Origin: Octopus vulgaris
Taxonomy: Eukaryota
Direction of reading: 5' to 3'
DNA length: 64,000 nucleotides
Assembly: GCA_951406725.2 (NCBI GenBank)
Contig: OX597825.1
Location: forward strand, 84,382,001-84,446,000
Shown here: piece by piece, positions 41,806 to 55,741 of the stretch
Position numbering within the stretch: position 1 is the first letter of the stretch
How the letters are laid out: each line of letters starts with the position of its first letter
Notes under the pieces: generated by a model
The model's input: the letters and a program-made list of their open reading frames with translations, nothing else
The model's database searches: none
Told to the model about the DNA's origin: nothing
Made by a program: the position numbers and the translations under genes

Positions 41806-42290
41806 CCTATTTCTTAGGATGAACGCACTCACTTTAATGAATATTTATCGACCGCAATTCCGACCATAAATCAAAAACTCGCTGATTGGAATCTGGGCAG
41901 ATTGTCCTCGTTTATCTGTGACTAAAAATCGCAACAATATATACTTGTCTGTGTGTCTGTCTGGATGTCGGACTGCCTATCTTTCCGCCTGTCTGTCTGT
42001 GAGTCTGTCTGCCCGTCTGCTTGCCTGTCTCTGTACTTTCTTCTATTTTTCTTTTACTTGTTTCAGTCACGGTACTGTGGCCATGCTGGAGTAAAGGCCT
42101 GGAAGAGTGGAATCGATCAATTCGACTCCAATATCTACTTATTTTTACACTCTGGTACTTGTTCTATCGTTCTCTTCTCATGTTGAACCGCCTCAGTATG
42201 GAGACATAAACAAACCAATTCCGGTTATCAAACACAGTGCTATGGTAACAAATACTTGAAGAGACGCATATACATATGCGCATATATATA

Positions 42291-42363
<73 letters not shown>

Positions 42364-42770
42364 CATATGCATATACGACAGAATTTTGCACCTGTTCTGT
42401 ACAGGTAAAACTGTCATAAGAATCCATGGTGTTGAAAAATCGGTTCCTTAATCTCATACTCATGTCTATATCTCTGTCTTTATTTCCAACAGACTTTCAG
42501 TTTCTTCTCGTCACTCACTTTCCTTTTTTCTTTCTTTCCTTCTTTTTTGTTTACCTCCCTCTCTCTCCCCCTCTCAGGTTTCCTACGCTCCACCACCCAT
42601 GTGCAATAACCACTTAATTTGTTTTTCAAGAAAAATTTTCTATCAAATATCATCGGGATTTTACGTGTTTGAGTTTTTGCCCAATAAGTTAAATATGGCA
42701 GCAAATGAACCTCATATGTACATACGTATATACGTACATACATACACAGGAACACATGTATATGTTTGCA

Positions 42771-42866
<96 letters not shown>

Positions 42867-44764
42867 TTAATTGGACGTATATTCACGATTTCTTTTCGGT
42901 GTTTACTGTCCCTACGTCTAATTCCTCTAATCTAAAATTTGCATTTAAACATGCATTTACGTGTCCAAACGGTTCGTGAGTAAGTTTTACTACATATGCA
43001 TTATATCAGCTGTTTTTCAAATATCCATACATTCTCTATAATGCTCATGTCATATATATATCTCTCACCAAACCAATAAGAATAATCCATAGGTTTTATT
43101 TTAAGTCTATTTTAGTTTGTTATATTCATTATATTTTATTCAATATTATTTTTTTATTTTATGTTTTAATGTTTTTACTGCCATTTTTATTTTATCTTCA
43201 GCTTGATTTTTATTTTTATGCATATTTTTTATCTATTCATTTATCTATCTATCTCTTTTCGAATTATAATATATAGTATATAGTATATTCACAAATATTT
43301 AAAACCCATCCATCAAATACACTTTCAAAGGAAAGCTTTTATATTTTAACCCACAAACACTCTATACTGCCCCTAAAAAGAAAAAAATGATTAACTAAGT
43401 TACATGAGCTCCATATTAACCCTGAAGAAAATCCTACCACCATATAATTAGAAATTCCCATCAACTAGATAATAGGACTGAAACATATATGTGGGTTCTT
43501 ATTTCTTTTTTTAAAAATTTATTTTTTCTTTAAGCTTTCTACTTCTAATCAATTTCTTTGCAGTATTTTTTAAAAAATGTCATCCTTTTGTAACATGCAA
43601 ATACATTTGTAATTACATCCAATTGTTTCCCTCAATATTGATATTATCAATGATCCTGAACATATACCAATGACTGCCGCATTATACGGTATGGATTAAA
43701 CTAGTGGAATGCCGAGGGTTATATAATCCCTTATCAGGATATGAATTGCTTGAATTAACTATAAACATATATATATATATATATATGTGAGTGCGTGTGT
43801 GTGTGTGTGTGTGTATGTGTGTGTATGTGTGTGTGCGTATGTATGTGCGTGTGTGTATGTGTGTGTATGTGTGTGTGTACCTGTTCAATAGACGCTAGTA
43901 TTTATTGCTATGTATGTGTATATTTATGAACGTCTGTATGGTGCAGTGGTTTCGATAATTTTCACTGATGAATCGGGTAAATGCAAAAGTTACAGAAAAC
44001 TTCTTTTCTAATCAGAATATTGTTGTTGGTCGATGAATATAATAAGTTTTATTCAATATTGAGAGTAGCAGTGAAAATGAAGAATCTCTTAACGGGCATA
44101 TTAGAACCCGAATGACATTTTGTGCTGACATTCCACTCCATATCCTTACCCTTTGGACAAAACTTAGAACGATTTCTGTGACCGACCATGACAGTAGTTC
44201 TCTCAGGATGTCTTCTCTTCTGATTTTTTGTTGAATTTCACATTGAAAGATCGACGATTTCAAAGAGAAGTGATTGGAAAAATTCGTTATAAGAACGGCA
44301 CAATATCTCTAGAAACGTGTTGTAGGGCACGTCCCCAAATTAGATGACAATAAAGAGTTGGGGGGGGGGCATGATCAGTGATGATTGGAGTGTAACTATT
44401 TTGAAAGACATATATTTTATTATGTTGTAAATATAAGGATTTTCTTTTTAGATATTAAGTTTGGATTCCTTTTGGAGAGAACCCCGTATTCCAAATTCTT
44501 TGCATTTGTTCATTAACTTCACAGACATTTGTCAGTCTTAATTAATTTGCAACAGGTTTTAGAGCACTCTCATTGAAAGGTAACCTAGATTAGCGGAATT
44601 ACAACCGACCTTGGTGATTCATGAGTCTAGATACCATACATATGTACCCAAGTGCCCAATACAAATATACGTAAATACATAAATATATAAAATATATAAA
44701 GACGTACATATATGCATATATGTATATCTACATGCATATGCATATATGTATATGTATATATATA

Positions 44765-44975
44765 TTTTTTTTCTCTCCTTCTTTCTGTGTTTTTTTTCTC
44801 TGTGTATCTTTCTGTTGAAGAGCGTAGGCTCGAAATGTTAAAGACTTGTTTTATTTATATTTCCTGAGCGCCATACTAATACAATTGTTTGTTTGTATTC
44901 CACCTGCCTACGTCTTTTGTTTATTTCCGTAAACCTGCCTTCGTCTTTTGTCTATTTTCATAAAGCTTCCCGTTA
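44765..44975 (+). mobile_element. Short Penelope-derived repeat with a minimal hammerhead variant (44807-44845)
   Basis: tcttt CTGTTGAA GAGC gtag GCTC GAAAT GTT aaaga; inverted copy at 55994-56235; TA-rich flanks. Confidence 0.65.
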
Positions 44976-45744
44976 TATATAAGTGTATATGTGCGCATAC
45001 ATACAAACAATTGAATAACAGCAAACACATCTTTGCATTGAAAGCATTCAAATAATATAACAATATCTCAGAGAAATATAAATATTGACAGATTTATTAA
45101 ATGAGACAAGACTATTTGTCATCACACTGAGCTGTTCAATCTATAAACACCGACACTGTTTGTTATCTTGCATTCCAAGTCATGGCTGAATCAGTTAGTT
45201 TAACACGTTGTGTCACTGTGGTTCACTTCGATACACAGAGTAATGTAATTTCTAATTTATCGTCTCCAACGAATTGGTTGGCATCAATCTGGAAGCGTAG
45301 ACATGTTTTGACCTCACCAATAAACATATTCTTATCAGTGCCGACTGAAATGGTAATATGTAGAGTCGGATTAAAAAATCGTTCAAAAAGAATTTGAGAA
45401 TCGGTTTCGCTTTGTTGCTGCATTTTAATTCATTTGTAGAAAGGGCAAAACTCTTTGAGCTGATTCTTTTTCGCGGGCGGATCCCTCTACGAATCTGTTC
45501 TCTCTGCCTAAAATAGCAGCCAGACCTTCCTCAAATTACATCGCTAATATCTGAGAACAGAAACAATGACTTTGATGATATAATCATAGATATGCCTCAA
45601 AGTCGGATTGGCCACGGATGGATTTAACATTGATCATAGGTTTTTCTGTTTGATAAAATCTGACATAAGACTAAACCAGGAAAATAACGACAGCATCTGG
45701 CTAACTATTGATTGGAGGCGCGTGGCTCAGTGGTTAGGGTATTA

Positions 45745-45810
<66 letters not shown>

Positions 45811-47804
45811 GTAATAGTAATAATAATAAGAACATTAAAAGATAAAGTATGTCTGTTCTTACTTAGCGCCAGGTCAGTAGCTTTGATTGACCTGATCTAT
45901 AGAAAAATACTTTACGGCCAACATTACCTCACAAGTGGTTAAGGTTACGTATATCTGGGACTGATATATAAAATGTATTTATTTAGTTGAAAGTGGTAGC
46001 ATGAAATTTGAGTGAGCTTTGGCTGTTATTTCTAGGAGTTCTATGTTACTTCATTGGTCCAGCCCTGACTGTAAGTACGTTTTACTACATATGCATTATA
46101 TCAGCTGTTTTTCAAATATCCATCCATCTTCACTGACTGTCTCATCTAACGCAGTGTATAATATATTCTTCTAGTCTAAAGTGGCTGTATGCTATTTGTG
46201 AGAGATTTGGCAGTTATTTCTAGCACTCCGCTATTACTGCAGTGGTCCCAAGATAATTATGTTGTGGACATTTGTTAGTGAGATAGAATGAGGAATATCC
46301 ATAAACCTTGCCAAGGCTTTCGAAACTGATGAGAGAGGGAGCAAGATATTATAGGACCTTTTAAAAAGGTTCAATAATATTGATTCTAGTTCAGCGAGAG
46401 AAAAAAACTGTTATTACAATTCTTGGAATTTCTGTATTCTACTCTGTACTATAAAAATTTTGCATTACTCATACAGTTCTTCCTCGCTGTTTATTACATA
46501 ACTTTTGATATTTATATAAAAATAGATAATTTTATATATTTACAATTATGTATTAAGTATTTGCAGGATACAAAGAGATTTAACTCTAGACCCAACGCAG
46601 TAATACTGACGCCAAGTAAAGACATCTGAATAATTATGGAGACTTTAGTGCGAAGTTAGGCAGCATTTTCAAGTTTGGCAGCTAATCTGGTTTGGCCGTT
46701 AATCTGGCTTAGGAGCTAATCAGGTGAGTCTTGTTAGTCTTGTTTGATTGCCGTTTGAGGAGAAATACGGTAAAGTGAGATCAATGTTAGGAGACTTAAG
46801 AAAGTAAAGCAATGTTAATGTATCAAAATTAGACTCGGGATGCGCGAGGAAATATGCTACTGATTAAAGATTATGTTGCTGGTTAAGTCTAGTCGCGTGT
46901 GGCCCAGTGGATGGGATTTGTGGTTTAAGATTATGAAATGATGCTTGCGGTTCCTAGACCAAGTGATGCATTATATTCTTGAGCAAGACACTTGGTACTC
47001 CCTTTAACTCAGCAGAAAGCAAGTAACAACCGAGCACTGGTGCAAATATCACATCCTCGATGATACTTCGCTGGATAAAAGGTGGGGAGAGTTATATGGT
47101 GCTTGTCTCTACTCAACACTGGGTACATTGATAAAACAATTAGCAGAAGCAAGGTGCGTGTTGCCAGGTCACATGCGAGTGAGGGCTATGGGCTGGACAA
47201 GAAATGCAGAAGAGACAATTCTGAAGTTTTAATTAATTTAAATTAATTAAGATTAGAATAGAGGTAATGGAATAAAGTGTGATACGGATGTTGTCAGTAG
47301 TGTGAAAAATCCAGGCAAGTTCTAATGTTTTAAGACTACCGCGTTTCTTTTACAATTCTTACCAGATGAAACGGTGTCGGAAGACGGATATAGATTACAT
47401 TTGTTTGTGAATAAATGCTGAGTATCGTAATAAGCCAAGCAAGAAGTAATAATCAATAAATAATTTAGTTAATTCCTGACAATAGCAAAAGAACACCCGT
47501 GTGTGAGGTTTCTAATTGAATTAACGGTTAGTGGTAATGGCTTCGAACAAATTTTATTGATTCTCGAAGAAGGAAACGGGGTGGGGGAACGAACTTCGGT
47601 AGCCAGTGAGTACACTTGTGGATGAAGGCTACTGTATAGCACTAGTTAATAAGTTAGTTGGTGTTTAATCAATTCCAATGTTGGACCATCTCTATAACAA
47701 TGTAAGAAAGATAATATTTGAAAACAACTAGCAAAGACTGAGTGAGAATACATAATATACATTATATATATAAGTTTGTGTGTATACATATATACACATG
47801 CATA

Positions 47805-48365
47805 TATTTATTATATAATATCCGTTCTGTCTGTCTGTGTGTGTGTCTTCTAGGATCTCGGGCATCCCCCATCCGATTGCGCTTAAATTTGATATGTAGA
47901 TATGTAGATACCGATGGTATCGGGGCGTGCATAAGTCTTGAAAAAATTGCAAAAACAGATTCCAGGTGAGAATGCGACCGATAAAGCCGTGGGAACATGC
48001 ATTGGTACGCGCAAGTACATCAGCTGTTGCGATCGAAACTACGCGTACGCGAGAAAAACGCACGTGCAGTTTGCGCAAAAAAGCCAACTGGCTTGAAATA
48101 ATGCCACAAAATGCAGTATATTTAAGAGACCAAAAATGTAAGATGCAAAAGAGATATTTTCTTCAAACTTGGCATGAAGGAACGCAAGACCATTCTGTTT
48201 CTCAAGAAGTTTCTTTTTTTTTTTGCCTTAACTTCGTTTAACAGAACCCAAAATATAATTGAAATAAAGGCATGGTTAATTATTTTTTAATGAAAAGAAA
48301 ACACTGATTGCTTTTTATTCAGCACGTATGATTCAGCATCGTCCATTGGACGGGGGAGGCGTTCT
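47805..48365 (+). mobile_element. Helitron-like 5' fragment
   Basis: tattatataatatccgttctgtctgtctgtgtgtgtgtc..ccatccgattgcgcttaaatttgatatgtaga has the same 5' organisation as 13794-14123; no clear CTAG 3' end. Confidence 0.45.
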
Positions 48366-48670
48366 TCTCGTATATATATATATAAATATAAATTTATATG
48401 TGTATATTTATAAGGGTATAATAAGTGGAAAAAACTCGGAGAGAGCGTAACAGCAGGCGGTCCTCAGAGAAGAAATCCCTTTAGGCAAGTGGGTCGGCCC
48501 GCATCCAAGTCATGACTACTGGATGTACACCCGCTGTTCGTTTTAGTACGCCTTACGTGGGATTGGTTTCTCTGGTTTCTAGCACTGCTGAGAACGACTA
48601 AGTACACGTCCCAGAAGTATATATAAGGACTGTAATATATACGTGTGTGGTTTTGTGCAGGCGTATATGA

Positions 48671-48708
<38 letters not shown>

Positions 48709-48998
48709 GTGTGTGTGTGATGGATTCTCTCGTCGTGGACGACAAATGAGGGTCTTGAACTCTGCTTGTATTCGAACATATGTATGTATAGTGACGCAAC
48801 TAGCAAAATATGTGAATGAAATATTATCCTGTATGGACGTGAAGATGCTGGATTGAGCAGAAAGATATATATACGAATATATTGTGTCAGATATTACAGT
48901 CTTTATATATTACTCTTTGCTTGGTTGTTCATGACTCTAAAGTACTATATATTTATGCATACATACATACATACATACATATATATATATATATATTT

Positions 48999-49498
48999 TG
49001 TGAAATAGAAAGATGAATAATCTTGTTGCAGATTAATCAAAAGTTTAACCGATACCTTGGTAGCAAAAATCACAGCAGAAGACAGCACGGTTGGAGGTAC
49101 AACCATATGGTGTTGCAACCATGCGTTGGTGCGGATAATTGAATTTTAATATTATTAGTGAATTGAAGAAATGGAGTTGAACGAAGATTGAACAGAAATC
49201 GTTTTATTACATTCTACACGTGTTTCGAAAGCCACAAATTACCACATTCCGATTGAATAAGGAGACCATATTGTGTCTTTCTCTTCAGGAAGAAATAGGA
49301 AGAAATAGGAAATCTGTTTCTGTTTTTGTTTTTTCCAACGGATTTCCTATTTCTTCCTGAAGAGAAAGACACAATATGGTCTCCTTATTCAATCGGAATT
49401 TGGTAAATTATGGCTTTCGAAACACGTGTAGAATGCAATAAAACGATTTCTGTTCAATCTTCGTTCAACTCCATTTCTTCAATTCACTAATAATATTA
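48999..49498. mobile_element. Non-coding fold-back derivative of the 32654-35511 PLE with two head-to-head hammerheads
   Basis: 48999-49314 matches 32654-32960; 49314-49498 matches 35337-35511. Arms 49147-49314 / 49341-49498. Hammerheads at 49203-49296(-) and 49349-49440(+). (TA)n on both flanks. Confidence 0.92.
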
Positions 49499-49518
49499 TA
49501 TATATATATATATATATA

Positions 49519-49571
<53 letters not shown>

Positions 49572-49572
49572 A

Positions 49573-49609
<37 letters not shown>

Positions 49610-51264
49610 GTATATATACATGCATGCATGCATACATACATGCATGCTTACATAGATACATATATACATATGCACACACACACACGCACACCACATATAC
49701 ACATATAACTAGATTCGATGTTGCTTAACTTATATATGTAAAGATGCACATACACAGGTGTATGTATGTGTCTATGTGTATATATGTGTATACACCAGTA
49801 ACTATGTAATGATTATAAATGTACAAAAAGACAACGTCTCGGCTAACTAACGGCAGAACTAAGTTAACTAAAAGAAAGCACGACCTCTTTTTCAAGTACA
49901 GAAGATATAATATCTAAATAAATTTGTTTTAGAAATGCACAGAAAAGTTTATTTGCTGAGAGTTTATTTATGAATGTTGTCTTTAGACATATATACGCGT
50001 CTTCCTTCCTTTCAAAATTAAAATCGATAAGATCATATATCGATTGGATGTAAATTAAATTTGGTTGATTTTCATCACAGAATGAAAACTAAATGCTATC
50101 ATTTTATTTTATTTTCGTGTGTTTGAAGTTAATCTTCTTAATTCAGTAAGTATTAAATTAGCTTTGAAGCTTTGTTATCAAAGAAATACAACCAAGGGTT
50201 CAATATTTTTTCTTTTGCTAAGTTTGTTTACCTACACGAGAGAAGAAATAAAGAACTTCTCAGAACAAAATACGCTTTCGTTTTCCATGTTATTTATAGA
50301 ACGCTCGAGATCAGGATATTTTGGTGCCACAGTTCTGGAATAGTTTCTATTTAGGACCAGATTGTTTTATTCTGAAGGGCTTTGAAGAACAAAATATGTA
50401 GACATATATGTAGATGGAAAGATAATATTACTCTAATTACTAATGTCTGGAAACAGATAAAGGGATTTATCGTCCGATAAAATGTGGTGTCTAATATGGA
50501 CATATAAAAAACATAGAAAGAAGGAGAAGGAAAAGAAGGAAAACAATTTGGTATTGATGGAGTGAGATGAGAAGAAGATACATGTTACCCTGATAAAGGG
50601 ATTAGAGATTATCTCTTAATATATGGTTGGTATAAATTATGCAAACAGGGAACTCGGTGTGGCAAGTGGATTGTATTGAATCTATTTATCACTGCTTGTT
50701 TTTCCTTCTTTTGCGCAGTAAGAATCGCAATCCTATTCCTGTCTCTGAAATCGGTTTCTCTCAACTTTCTAGAGATTTTTCGAGAATTTTCTCATCGGTC
50801 ATCTTGTTTTATTTCGATATGAAATGGAGCATAAAGAATAAGCTCACATAATCGGAAACGATTAAAACAGTAGCAAAAGAAAATCACACGTTAATCCACC
50901 AATTTACTTGTAAATAATGTGTAATAATGAAGATTTAACGCAATTCAATAACGCCTTGATTATATATTCCCAAATAAGTTCTGGCATGTTGTCAAATGTG
51001 AGATCTTATTACGTAGAGTCCATGCTAAACCGCAGTAATTATTCAATTAACTTTAACTGAGCAGTCATCAAATATGTTCATAGACTATATCCTGGTACAA
51101 CTGGTTACTATAGTAAATTCTCCGCTGCTCCAAATTCTATACAAGAGAAGGTTTGTGCCTTAAGGCTCTGTGCTAACGAAGCACTTGTCAACCGAGAGTT
51201 CTAAGACCTCCTGGTAATTATAGAGAATTTAATAACTGAATCCTCAAACAAATAGATGATAACT

Positions 51265-51508
51265 TAGGTATGTCATGTCATTTAGGAATGATAAGGTCGG
51301 AGCTAAGCAGGTTTCCTTGGCGTATGAATGAGATTCCGCTCCCTCAACACGAGGATCCCGTCCGTAGCAGGGTTAATTTCCCGACTATTACTGGGACTCA
51401 TCTACACCTGAGTGGATTTGTGGAATGTGAAACGAAGTTAAAGAAGACAACGCACCGCCTGGTTCAAGATTCGAAACTATGATCACATGGCTAACAACAT
51501 GACCACTG
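51265..51508 (-). mobile_element. Diverged SINE family D copy
   Basis: Minus strand agtggtcatgttgttag..tttcgaatcttgaaccaggcggtgcgttgt..tccactcaggtg. Confidence 0.55.
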
Positions 51509-51638
51509 GGGTCAAAAGAGTCTCCGATCGAAATACCTGAATAAACACTAGGTTTTTGGTGTTGTTTATCGACCACTGGGGCCATAGGAATACCCAATGG
51601 AAATACCTGAATAAACACAGGTTCTTGGTATTGTTTAA
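51501..51638. repeat. Diverged 70-bp tandem duplication
   Basis: gaccactgggg..gaaatacctgaataaacac..tggt.ttgttta starts at 51501 and 51571. Confidence 0.85.
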
Positions 51639-52587
51639 CTCACAGGTAAACCGTGATTTAAAAGACCTAAAATATGATCAAAGATAGTTCAGTGTTACCG
51701 ACTCGCACAGCTGGTTTTGATGCTGCAGCGTAAATCTTCACATTGTCTTCCATCTCTTCGGAGTCAATGAAAAGAAGGAACCAACCAAGAACGGTGGATC
51801 TGTGGAACTGTAAACCCGAAGGACTTGGAGTCGTTGTTCAAGCTTTTTGCATTGTGAGTTCAAATCCCAGCATGGCCTATCTCTGTACAACTCCGATCCT
51901 GCCGCTTTTACTGGAGTCTACTCTCTTGCATGTCCAACTCTCGGGAGTCAGGAGCCTTCACATTCCCATCTACCAATCTCGGACCTATTGTAAGGTTTCA
52001 TGTGCACTGCCTTCCCTAATAATTAAATAGGAAACCAAAATACAGGACTTCATTATCCAAGATTCCCTTCCGTTTTTAAAGAGAGGTTTGGCTGCTATTT
52101 TCAGTAAGTGAGTGCCAACACCGTACTTCCGTCATAAAGTCTCCTCGAAGTGAGGAGAAGACGGACTTGGTCCTCGTTGTCCAATGCGATGTTAGAAAGT
52201 AACAAAAATAAATCTTTCAGCCTATTCTAATCTCTACGTAATTAAACAAGATTCTAATTGCTTTCAGAAAACATTAGTGATGCATATTAATAGAAGGAAC
52301 ATTTTCGTACGACCGACAGCTTTGTGCAATTAGATATTCGTTTCGTTGGGAATATTTATTTATACTTCAGAAGCTGATACATATATCATTTGGACACCAT
52401 TGTGCGTTTGCTGTGCGCGCGCATGCTTGTATGAATGTATGTATGTATGTATGTATGTATGTATGTATGTATGTATGTATGTATGTATGTATGTGTGTGT
52501 GTGTATGTGGGTGTGCGTGTATATGTATAAATTTACATGTACAGCTATACTTGTGTGTGTATCTGAATATATTTACATTATATAAAA

Positions 52588-52642
<55 letters not shown>

Positions 52643-52761
52643 CTCACATATATATATATATGTATATGCGCATATATGCCTATATATATGTATATATGTA
52701 CACATATACCTATATATATATATGTATATATGCACATATATACTTATATATATATGTGTAA

Positions 52762-52811
<50 letters not shown>

Positions 52812-53444
52812 GCCTATCTATCTATCAATTCATCTATCTTTGTATCTACCTGTATATGTACACCTCATTCTCTTTCACTCTCTACATATGTACATTCATA
52901 CATACACACATACACACACATACATAAATACATACATACATATATATATATATATTTCTATATATACATATGTGTGTGTGTGTATGCGTGTGTATGCCTG
53001 CGTGTGTGTGTGTGTGTGTGTAATATGTAAGTCACGTATACAATTCATGCTCATACAAAATATAGCATGAAAAGAAGAAAAAAAAACGGATAAAAGACAT
53101 TCTCAGAGAAAACAATGTTCGCGTATTTGCATTCTTCCTTCGACGATTTTGATTCTTTTTTATGCTTTTGATAATTTTATAAATATTATTCGATCTTCAT
53201 GTTTTCGACGAGACGAGAATCATGATGATCGTTTGCAAAACTGCAACCATTTCTGTTTTGTTTTTATTTTAGTCATTCATAGTTAAACAAAAGAAAAACG
53301 AAAACGAAAAGCAGGCATAATGATACATTGTTAAGCAAGACATACTTTCTCGCGTCTTAGAGACAACGGGGTGCCGCGACCTCAGCCCTGCAGCTATTAG
53401 AAATAGCAGTCAGACGTTTTTCGATTCTCATGCTGCTGTCAGTA

Positions 53445-53655
53445 ATATTGGTTTTCAAGTTGGTACAAACTCAGCAAGATTAGAGCAGGTGATAAGTCGA
53501 TTACATTGACCCCCGCCATCCCAGCTCAACTGCGACTTATTTTACCGACCCCGAAAGGATGAAAGGCGCGGTCGATCTCGGCAGAACTTGAGCTCAAAGA
53601 GTAAATATGAACGAAATGCCGTTAACCATTTTTTCCGGCGTGCTAACTTGTCACA
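53445..53655 (-). mobile_element. SINE family A nested inside a family C repeat
   Basis: cgaccccgaaaggatgaaaggc core is the reverse complement of 58095-58120. Confidence 0.75.
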
Positions 53656-53964
53656 AATAGCGAAAAACACATGGTGATAATTGTTGCAAATATACAAAAA
53701 GGCTGGATGGTCAGGGCTGGAAAGCATTTCATCATAGATAGAAACAACGACAACAACAACAACATGAACCTCCTCTGTTTATGTTGTAAAATTTATCCCT
53801 AATTAAAAAATTTATGGGGTTTCTTTTAGTAACTACATTGCATATTTCCTTTCTTGTCTGAAGCAAAATTTAAGATGTGTAAGTTTTGGTTGCTGCCCTA
53901 GGTCCAAAAAAAGTAGCCTAAGTTTGTGTACCTGATACATTTGTGTAAGTAAATTAGTTTCAGA

Positions 53965-54180
53965 TAATGAAACAAGGTCACCAATATCGGGGGTGGGTGG
54001 TAAGTCGATTAGATCGGCGCCCAGTACACAGTTGGTACTTATTTTATCGACGCCGAAAGAATGAAAAGATGAAAGGCAAAGTTGACGTTATTGGAATTTG
54101 AAATAAGAATGCACAAAGACGGACGAAACACTTCTAAACATTTAGTCCGGCGTGATAATGCTTCTGCCTTCTCGCCTCCC
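53965..54180 (-). mobile_element. SINE family A
   Basis: ccagtacacagttggtacttattttatcgac..gatgaaaggcaaagttgac..ggaatttgaa..ccggcgtgataa. Confidence 0.75.
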
Positions 54181-54550
54181 CACTTGCGCAAATTAATTAA
54201 AATCCCTTTTCTGCTCCGGTTTTCTGGGGGGGGGGAGAGGGTTAAATACTAACAAGTATGAAAGGATCTTGGCATCATTATCACTTGGATGACAATGCAT
54301 TACACTTATAATTTGGTGAAATGATTTTGCAGATATGTTTGTAGAAAGAAGAGATGGAAATATTTTGGAAAACTTTACAATTCTAAGAGTATGAAGAGAA
54401 TATACGTATTTAGAGATTGTGTCGTTGTCATGAAGTGTATGTGTGAGAGAGAGAGAGAGAGAAGGAGGGAGGGAGGGAGGGAAAGAGAAAAGAGTGTAAT
54501 GCATTAAAAATACTGTTTCATACACAAGCGCGAACACACACACACACACA

Positions 54551-54610
<60 letters not shown>

Positions 54611-55571
54611 CGCACACACACACACAAACGGTATCTCGCAGTGAATTAAAATTAGTTTTCCGATTGAATCATGTATTTGAAGTTCAAAACCGCATTTTGA
54701 TAAAAATTTACTTTTAAGAATTTTCAAGACTGCGCAAATTTTAATAATTACTTACTTTTAGTAAAATCTACCTACTTATAATTAACATTAGACGCTTTAT
54801 TTTTCTGTGTTATAGAATAAATTCCTTGTTCGTGAGTGAGAATTTTCCTCTTGTACTCAATCACCTTACATTTCTTATGTCTAGTATACTTCAACTAGCA
54901 TTTTGCTGCATATTCCCTGCAGGGAGGCAACCTGAAGTGAAGATTATCGTTCTGTTTTCAGTTGTCAAACGTTTCTAAATGTCCACTACATCCAAGTCAG
55001 CATCCTGCTGCATATTCCAAAGAAAAGATAGACTTAGGCACATAAAGCAAAATACAAGTGGATTTACATCAGATAAAGTAAAGACAGAATAATCTGAAAA
55101 AGTTACATTCAGAGTTGCATACGAACACGTGCTGACCCCTCGCGGAATGTTGATGCAATAGAAATATACTTATACGGCGTATTGTGTAATATTCCCATGT
55201 ACATTCAACTTCATAGAAATGGTGTTGAATGGTGTTGTTGCTTAACCCCAGGTCAGCTATAGATTAGGGAGTTCAAATCTATTCACATATACATACAGCC
55301 ACGCACAGAAACTGGTTACAAACAGGTAACGACGTTTAACCCGGAAGCAACCAGCCTTTTCTGAAGCATTGTTTACTACGGACAACATTATTCAGAGTGT
55401 CCATTTTTCCTTAAGTTATTAAAGTATGATTTGTGGGGAATTTAACTGCTTTGTTTAACAACATTATCGGTCAAGCAAAGGTTTCGTCGTGTTTGAAATT
55501 GTTCGCCTATAGTTTTATGCATGTCTTACAGATACGGTCCTTCTACTGAGTTGCCATTCAATTTACCATGA

Positions 55572-55661
<90 letters not shown>

Positions 55662-55673
55662 ATATCTATCTAA

Positions 55674-55741
<68 letters not shown>

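Noticed and set aside
45714-45745. tRNA gene
   Set aside because: Only a tRNA-like A-box SINE head truncated by (AAT)n; no cloverleaf
46324-46345. CTGATGA hammerhead core
   Set aside because: No stem II or downstream GAAA in the correct order
51501-51638. CRISPR-like repeat-spacer array
   Set aside because: Only two units, eukaryotic context, no cas genes
51743-52030. 95-aa ORF, or a LINE 3' end on the minus strand
   Set aside because: No recognisable motif on +; only a vague RTE-like pattern on -
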